NCBI GenBank assembly: GCA_965645245.1
Contig: OZ287083.1
Coordinates: 124,001 to 188,000 of the forward strand
DNA length: 64,000 bases
Origin: Massalongia carnosa
Lineage: Eukaryota
Reading direction: 5' to 3'
The translations under genes and the position numbers were made by a program. Of this stretch, positions 57,511-64,000 are shown one piece after another. The notes beneath the pieces are model-generated. The model searched no databases, was not told where the DNA came from, and saw only the letters and a program-made list of their open reading frames with translations. Position 1 is the first letter of the stretch. Each line of letters starts with the position of its first letter.

Positions 57511-60500
57511 ATAATCCATTGCGCCGTTGAACCCATATTCTCTTCTTCTTATATCAAGAGTGAGATTTTTCTTTTCATTGAACTTCACAGTCTGTAGAAA
57601 GCTTACATTAGTACTTCTAGTCTAGAAATCGGGTCTACTACATACTAAAGTTAACCGGTCTTGAACAAACTTCAAAACATAACACGCTATGGAACGTATA
57701 TTTTAGACATTCAATCTAGCGTTCAGGCACCTCAATCTTTCGCAAACATATAACATTATTAATACATTTGTCATCTGAGTCTAGGACAAGACCCTTCTAT
57801 AACTTTCAATGATTTTCTAAATATTTCCCGCATCGACAATTCCTGTCATGGAATTACCTCGCACCCTCCACGTTTCCTGATCGGGTTAGTATTTAACAGG
57901 CTCTCTTGCCGTGAAACCTGCCCTGCATGTTGAATAGAACCGTGGCCCGTTATTCCGAACTATCCTGAAACCTCACCCCATGTGTTCAGACGTTCTTCCG
58001 CTGCCTTCAGTGCACTCCCAAACTCCTATATCCCGAATCAAATCTCAACGTCTCCACTATCCAAGCCTACGACTGGGATTGCCCAGCAGAGAGAGATTGC
58101 TTCGGCATGGAGAAAGGCGGAACAGGTCAAAGCGATCATGGTTAGGAAATTAGAACAGGAACAGAGATGAGGGCAAGTCAAGAATAGGGGAGTTGGAAGC
58201 CATGGCTATAAAACCTATGTGGTTTCTCAGGTGTTTGGAGCTCTTTGTCGGACGTCTTGTATACTATCCCTAGACCTAGCTTTCTAATAGTAACTCTTGC
58301 ATATCTCCCTATCTTGACCTTGTCCGTGACAATTCCTCACATTTAATTTCTATTCGTAGAACTTGATGACTTCATAAATAGATTCTAATATCAATATCAA
58401 ATACTGTCATGTTTATGACCTCAAACTCACTAGTAAAATTATCGAGTGTGTCCTTATATAAAAATAATTGATTAGTGATGCAAAAGCCCGTTACAAAATC
58501 ATATCCTAGAAAATAATACGTTATTGAGACTTTTAAGAGACTTTTTATTCTTTTTATAATGACGGTTGAAGGTGAGCGAAGCGTTATGAATATGTTGATT
58601 CACGTGAAGGTATAATAACATATATTTGTGATGCATGTATATCAGTTTGTTGGGGACTTGCTCCTTGCTGTTAAAGGCGCGCTTTCATGACGAAAGCGTC
58701 GTTCGCAGTCGTTCGTGTTCATTTATAACAGTGTCTGCAAGCGGTGGAAGATTGTGGTTTATGCAAATGAGATTGTAAGTGAGCATCAAGCAACAACACG
58801 CAGTAACTGGCTTTATTTCATGTGCTCCGTCATGCCTCAATGACAGACAAATCAAGAATGTGCCGAACATGCCAGCGGTCTTTTCAGAGCTGCTTGCCTT
58901 GTCGACTATGCTTATTACGTTAGATTTTCCAAACCGTACTCTTTATGAGGTCTAAACATGGCGCCATCCCGCTCCAGGAGCAATTTGTAGATCTCTGCCT
59001 TTATTCCAGCAGGGCTCTCTGGCATACCGAGTCGTTGTCCAAGCTTTCCAATTTTGGATTCAACGTATTGCTACCATGCAGGGTTGCGTAGTTCAAACTC
59101 GGTCGAGTAGAGCTCAGGGTCTTTCTGAATCAAGTATCAACGTTCTTTTATTGAAAGGTGTCTAATGGCATGATCTATTTATTGCTTCGGCATCTTCAAG
59201 CGACATAGGAAGATCAATATTTCCTACCCTAGCAACATATAACCCAGAGTTAACATTTTCTTAACGAGACTATGCGCACATGAAGGATCTGACATGTATC
59301 ACGCTCTTAAGTTAGTAGCGAAGCTACGGTTTAACTCTAAGTCTGTGATGCGACTCATTCTCCTCATCTTCCGAGAGCCGGTCTGGTATCTGAGATTCAG
59401 AAGGAGCGGTTTTTTGTGAAGTCTCCAGATTCTTGTTATCATCTAAGTCTATTGCACTAATACTAGTAATAGCTTGCATGTCTGAGGTGTACGGTTGTGA
59501 CTCCAATGGCTTCAATCTTTGAATCCACAGAACTCAACGCTATATCCTCTGACGCTGTGTAGCCTTCGGGAGACTGGTTTAGATTTTTTTATTTAGATCT
59601 TTACGAGGAACAGCTCTACCTTCATCTGGAGGTTCTAGCCCTCGAGGTGAAACCACTCTGGGATCTCCGATGTCCAGAAGGCACTTTTTCACTGAGATGC
59701 CTGATTCCTTCGGCCCGTCAATCCCTGCTCCTGAAGCGGTACGTTTTGATGAAAGCATAAGCTAGTGTCGCTCCTGCAGTTGATGATGGGTTTAGTAAAG
59801 ATGGAGAAGCGGCGGTTCTTAAGATAAGTGCTGTGGGTTCTCGTGACGCGTGGAATACCTGGAGTAAAACGCTCCATCACATCATCTTGATAGTATCGTT
59901 CAATAGTTTCAAGGTCCTGTATTTTACAACACATTTCTCTTCATAAGGAGCACTCGTGTTACCTAGAAGTGCTGGGTTTCTTTGGTTTGGGTTAGTGTAC
60001 AAAAAAAGAGCACTTCTGGGCGACACGAGTGAAAACTTGAAGAGTCAAATCTTTGTTTGTTGTTTCAACTTTTCGAGTGTTCCCTCAACTTATGCCATTT
60101 CATCGGCAAGTGAAATAATCCGTTTACGAAGAGAATTGCATAGTCTATTTTGAATATTGCAAAAGAAGAGGAACAGAGCATAGCTGCAGGAAAATTAATA
60201 CATATCACTGATTCAGACGAGAGCTGCGACTCGAAGAGAGTAAAGGACCACGGCGGGAAGAGACTCAATTTTCCATGCATCTAGCCCATGAAGATGTCCA
60301 CGTGAATAGGATTTTAGAGACTGTTTCAATTTGATTCAGATCGTATGACATTCATGGTAACGGACCTCCTTCCGCAGCATCCACACAAATAGTTCCACGA
60401 TCCCAATCCATCAACGCGCTAAGCCAACCCCAGTCCAACCATCGCTCCCAGCGTTCCTACGGATTATCGTTGGATACAATGGCGTTTCAGGTTGAAATCG

Positions 60501-61565
60501 GTTTTCAGGATCTGAGTTACCGCTGGGGCAGAAACCCTTTGGGTCCTTTGGCTGCCGTTGAAAATTGAATTGGTCGTCCAGCTCGTCGTCTTCATGCACG
60601 CGTGGGAAATGCGGGTAAGTCGGAATGCTGGGCTCGCAGTCGGAGCCGACAGTAGCGCTGACTCCACTACAACACTAATCCGGACCCTAAAATATTGTGC
60701 ACATCCTGAAATTTTTCATGAAGCAGCAGTTTCCCGGGCGAACAATCTGGAAAACCGAAAGGTGGCAAACTGTCATCAAACGCCAATTTGAGGGCTTTAG
60801 TCGATGGGGTAGAGTCTTGAACACAAGCGGGCGCAAGGCTAATTGACTCGGAGGCGATTCTGTCAAGAGAGTTTTCAACGAAAGATGGATTGGTACGGTC
60901 CGGGGTCGAGCTAGAAGGGATCGTTTATATTCTGCGGTAAAGATTTGACGAGGTAACCGACATAAAGGAAAAAGAACAACATGCTAGGGAGAACTAAGTG
61001 CATCGGTCATTCACAACTCTGGGCTGGATAGTCAGATCCAAGTGGGGGTTTTAATAGAACTTGGGGAAGAAGCATCGAAGCAACGAAAACGGTACCTTCT
61101 TACTGCAAATGAAGAGTCCAAGCGCGACCGAGGAGACTGTGCGGGACGAAGGGCTTGCTTTCCCTATCCCGTCCCGCGTTGAGGGGTTGCGCACGGCGTA
61201 CTCTCGTGATACTTGAGAACCTCTTGAAATGATTAGGATAGTGATACCTTAACGAGGAAGTTTGGTTAAAGCATATAGAGCTCATGATTACATTCAGAAG
61301 CGAAATCTGCAGCAGGTGGATAGTGGCGTAATGGATGGGGAAAGCTCCAAGCGATGCCATCCGCCTGGCATGTTTAAAGCCAAATCTGTCAAATAGCAGC
61401 TACAACCATACAGCGCAAAGCCCGGCTTTGCGATTTGTTTCATCTACCTATGTGGCTGCATTGTTTCCTTTCCTGAGCCTAGCCAACCAATAAGTTATGA
61501 ACAATCAGCAGCTAAGCCATGCATGTCCGCTGATGATTTACCTTGCCTAATACGGGGAATTATAT

Positions 61566-64000
61566 TCAGAGCTGCGCAAGATTTACTTTCTCCCCCGACA
61601 CCTTCTGTATCGATCGCTCGGTTTCGGCAATCTTGGTCATAATCCAAGTCGAGGCGTACATGTTGACTCTTCTCGGTGTTAATCACCCATCACCTGGGGG
61701 CCGGAATGAGAGCACTTACCTGTCGATGCAAGTTCCAGGCAGCCGTAATGCAACGCGTTGAGTCGAGAATCCTGATGTTCCAAATACAGAGACGTACCAA
61801 GGTCTCATCCCCGCTGAGCGAAGCAGTACTCGACCCTTCAGCTTCAAAGCATGGTTGAGAGCTTCTATCTGGATTGCAGCTTCGTTACTGCTGGGATCGA
61901 ACCAGTCCATTGAGTCCATTATCTACTAACCTGTCAGATTTCGTGGAGCAAGTAGAAAATATCGACAACTAATTCCAAAGACTCACAATCGCGATCGTCA
62001 ATGTCGCGGGCTTGATCCTAGCCACAACCTCGTTGATCTCATCGGTGTGTATGCGCAAACCCGCAAAAGCATCGGGTCGTGATAGGCGTACGTGAGCCTT
62101 GGCGCTCAAATACAACGGGTGACATCTAACAAAACCCTGTCAATAACTTCTATTTGGTACGAGGAAGCCTTCTCACCTTTTTGAGTAACTCCCTTTCAAC
62201 GTCAATAAGTAGTGATAATTGTCTTCAGAAATAAGCGTATCTCGGGCGACAGGGTCGAATGTATTGACAATATACTCCCACATTGCTTGCCCAGAGGCAT
62301 CTAATAAATGTCTTTCCAAAGGGTTCAGGCCAGGGTCATCGAGGTGGTCTGCAAGAATCATTTGCCGCTGAGCAGGCGGCACTCCAGCAGCTTTCCAAAC
62401 CCACCATTCTGTGCCAATGACTGCCCAATGCAAAACTCGGCTTAAGAGAATTCGACGTATCCTGGGCCAGGTCTCTCGTTGTTCATTTAGCGTTTTAGAC
62501 TCAGATATGGCTCTAAGCTCCGGACTGATCCCTGATAACCAGGAGAGCCAACGAACTAGTCTTATCGCGTGTCCTGAGCCACCAGATTCGTAGAATCCTC
62601 GGGAGGAGGCAAATCTATCCGTACGCTTGAGCCAGAATTGGAAGGCTTGCGAGCTCATGTACGGACTAAGCCTAGTGATAAGTATATGTCGAAGATTCGC
62701 ATACTTCCCTTCTCCAAACATCTTCCAAACGTCCTTGTATGGAAGGCACTGAAACGCTGCAATTTTGAGCTCAAGGAGATGGTTTTGATTTGGGTTCAGG
62801 TCAACAGCGTGGATCCGTCTCGGATTCGCGGATACGAGGTAATCGAGCAGATTATCCCCGGCACTTGTCAGACACAGCACGACATCCTCATTCTTGATTT
62901 TCAACAGCCGCTGATCCGCTCGCGGATCTTCCCAAGTAAAGGCATAGAGATAGTCGTCATGGAACTGTGTATGTTTTCTGAGCTGATCATTGTAGTATAT
63001 GCGCCTTTGGTGGTTTTGGTAGAAAGTACTTGGAAGGGGAAGATTTGAATTCAAGTTGACAATTGCGGATTGATATGCCTTTGATCTGACTTCAATAGTT
63101 ACGGACATCTCCGTGGCCATGGACAATTCAGCACGATGTTGCTTTGGCGAAAGGTAGGAGGACTCGGTGCAGGAAGCATCCACCCGTTCCAGCAAATCGG
63201 ATGTTGAGAAAGGCAGCTCACGGCAGGAGCCCAGAAAGATATAGTAAGGAATTCCTCCCAACAGATAGTTTCTCTCATCGAGGGACTTCTTGGTTCCGAA
63301 CCGATATTCCAGATAGTCCTGTTCATGAAATCTAGTGCAGTCCGCAACGCAAGGACATGGATATGAACACTTACCCTTCGTGCCCCCTCCAGACCCACAC
63401 GATCGCAATCAAACCATGATCGCCATATGACTCGAGAAAGCCAGTTGACATGGCGATTGAAAGAGCCTCCTATATAGTTCCGTCCAGCCGTCTCGACGAT
63501 GCTCTGAACATAAAAGTCAACGACTCCGATGAGCCCAGAGGGAGCGAGCAACTCGGTCAGTGAGTCAACCACGCTGTAATAGTCTGGTATCATGCTCAGA
63601 CTGTATGACATCGTAATCAGGTCGGCTTGGTATGCAATTCCGATACCACTCCGCGAATACCGAGCGATACCAGCAACGGTGGCTTTTGGACCATTGAGAC
63701 TCTTCACGTGCTCTTCCAGCCGAAAACTACGAGCGTCTTGACACACTACCTGAACATCCCATCCAAGACGCTCGAATCGTTTTCTCGCTACTTCGCAGAG
63801 CGAAGGGGACAAATCTACTAGATAGATGCTGGAAAAAAATGTCGCCACGTTCAGGTAGGCTCCCATTGCCTCTATGTTGTAGCCTGTTCCACCACCTATC
63901 TATTTTAGTCGCTTAGTATACTTGATATCCTTTCCAACCCAGACAAGGCTTGGTAGGTTCTAGAATCTTACATCTACCCAGATTGGTTTTGATTGCGTAC
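61566..64000 (-). CDS. BTA1: Betaine lipid (DGTS) synthase, BtaB methyltransferase + BtaA/DUF3419 fusion; 5' end outside the window; multi-exon
   Basis: WVD|GGGTGYNIEAM, VDLSPSLCEVA, MSYSLSMIPD, YAFTWEDP, LTSAGDN, VDLNPNQNHLLELK, MDSMDWF, DRVNMYAS. Last exon ends in TGA at 61566-61568. Confidence 0.9.

Overview
Fungal (filamentous ascomycete) genomic DNA with spliceosomal introns. About the first 54 kb is a heavily nested transposon landscape; ordinary genes resume at the right end. From left to right: a decayed Helitron Rep/Pif1 gene interrupted by two TRIM-like mini-LTR elements and a solo LTR nested in another solo LTR; an integrase-deleted chromoviral Ty3/Gypsy element; a G-rich satellite flanked by ~260-bp direct repeats; and a pogo/Fot1 relic. 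Next is a head-to-head gene pair: a HeLo-like/DUF7580-type gene facing a C2H2-zinc-finger gene that ends in 19 near-identical 42-aa TPR repeats, with a Mutator element inserted in their short shared promoter. Then come a decayed DUF3435 (Starship-captain-type) tyrosine recombinase, two young Ty1/Copia elements whose gag and pol are separated by an in-frame UGA, an intact HNH-nuclease gene, a 5'-truncated LINE, a second Mutator, a second pogo relic, a Cys-rich membrane-protein gene, a kinase pseudogene and the 3' part of a betaine-lipid synthase gene (BTA1). The best candidate for an undescribed system is the divergent pair at 18327-28359, which looks like a NOD-less sensor/executor immune or allorecognition module next to a captain-like recombinase. 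All family assignments are by eye or recall and need HMM confirmation.
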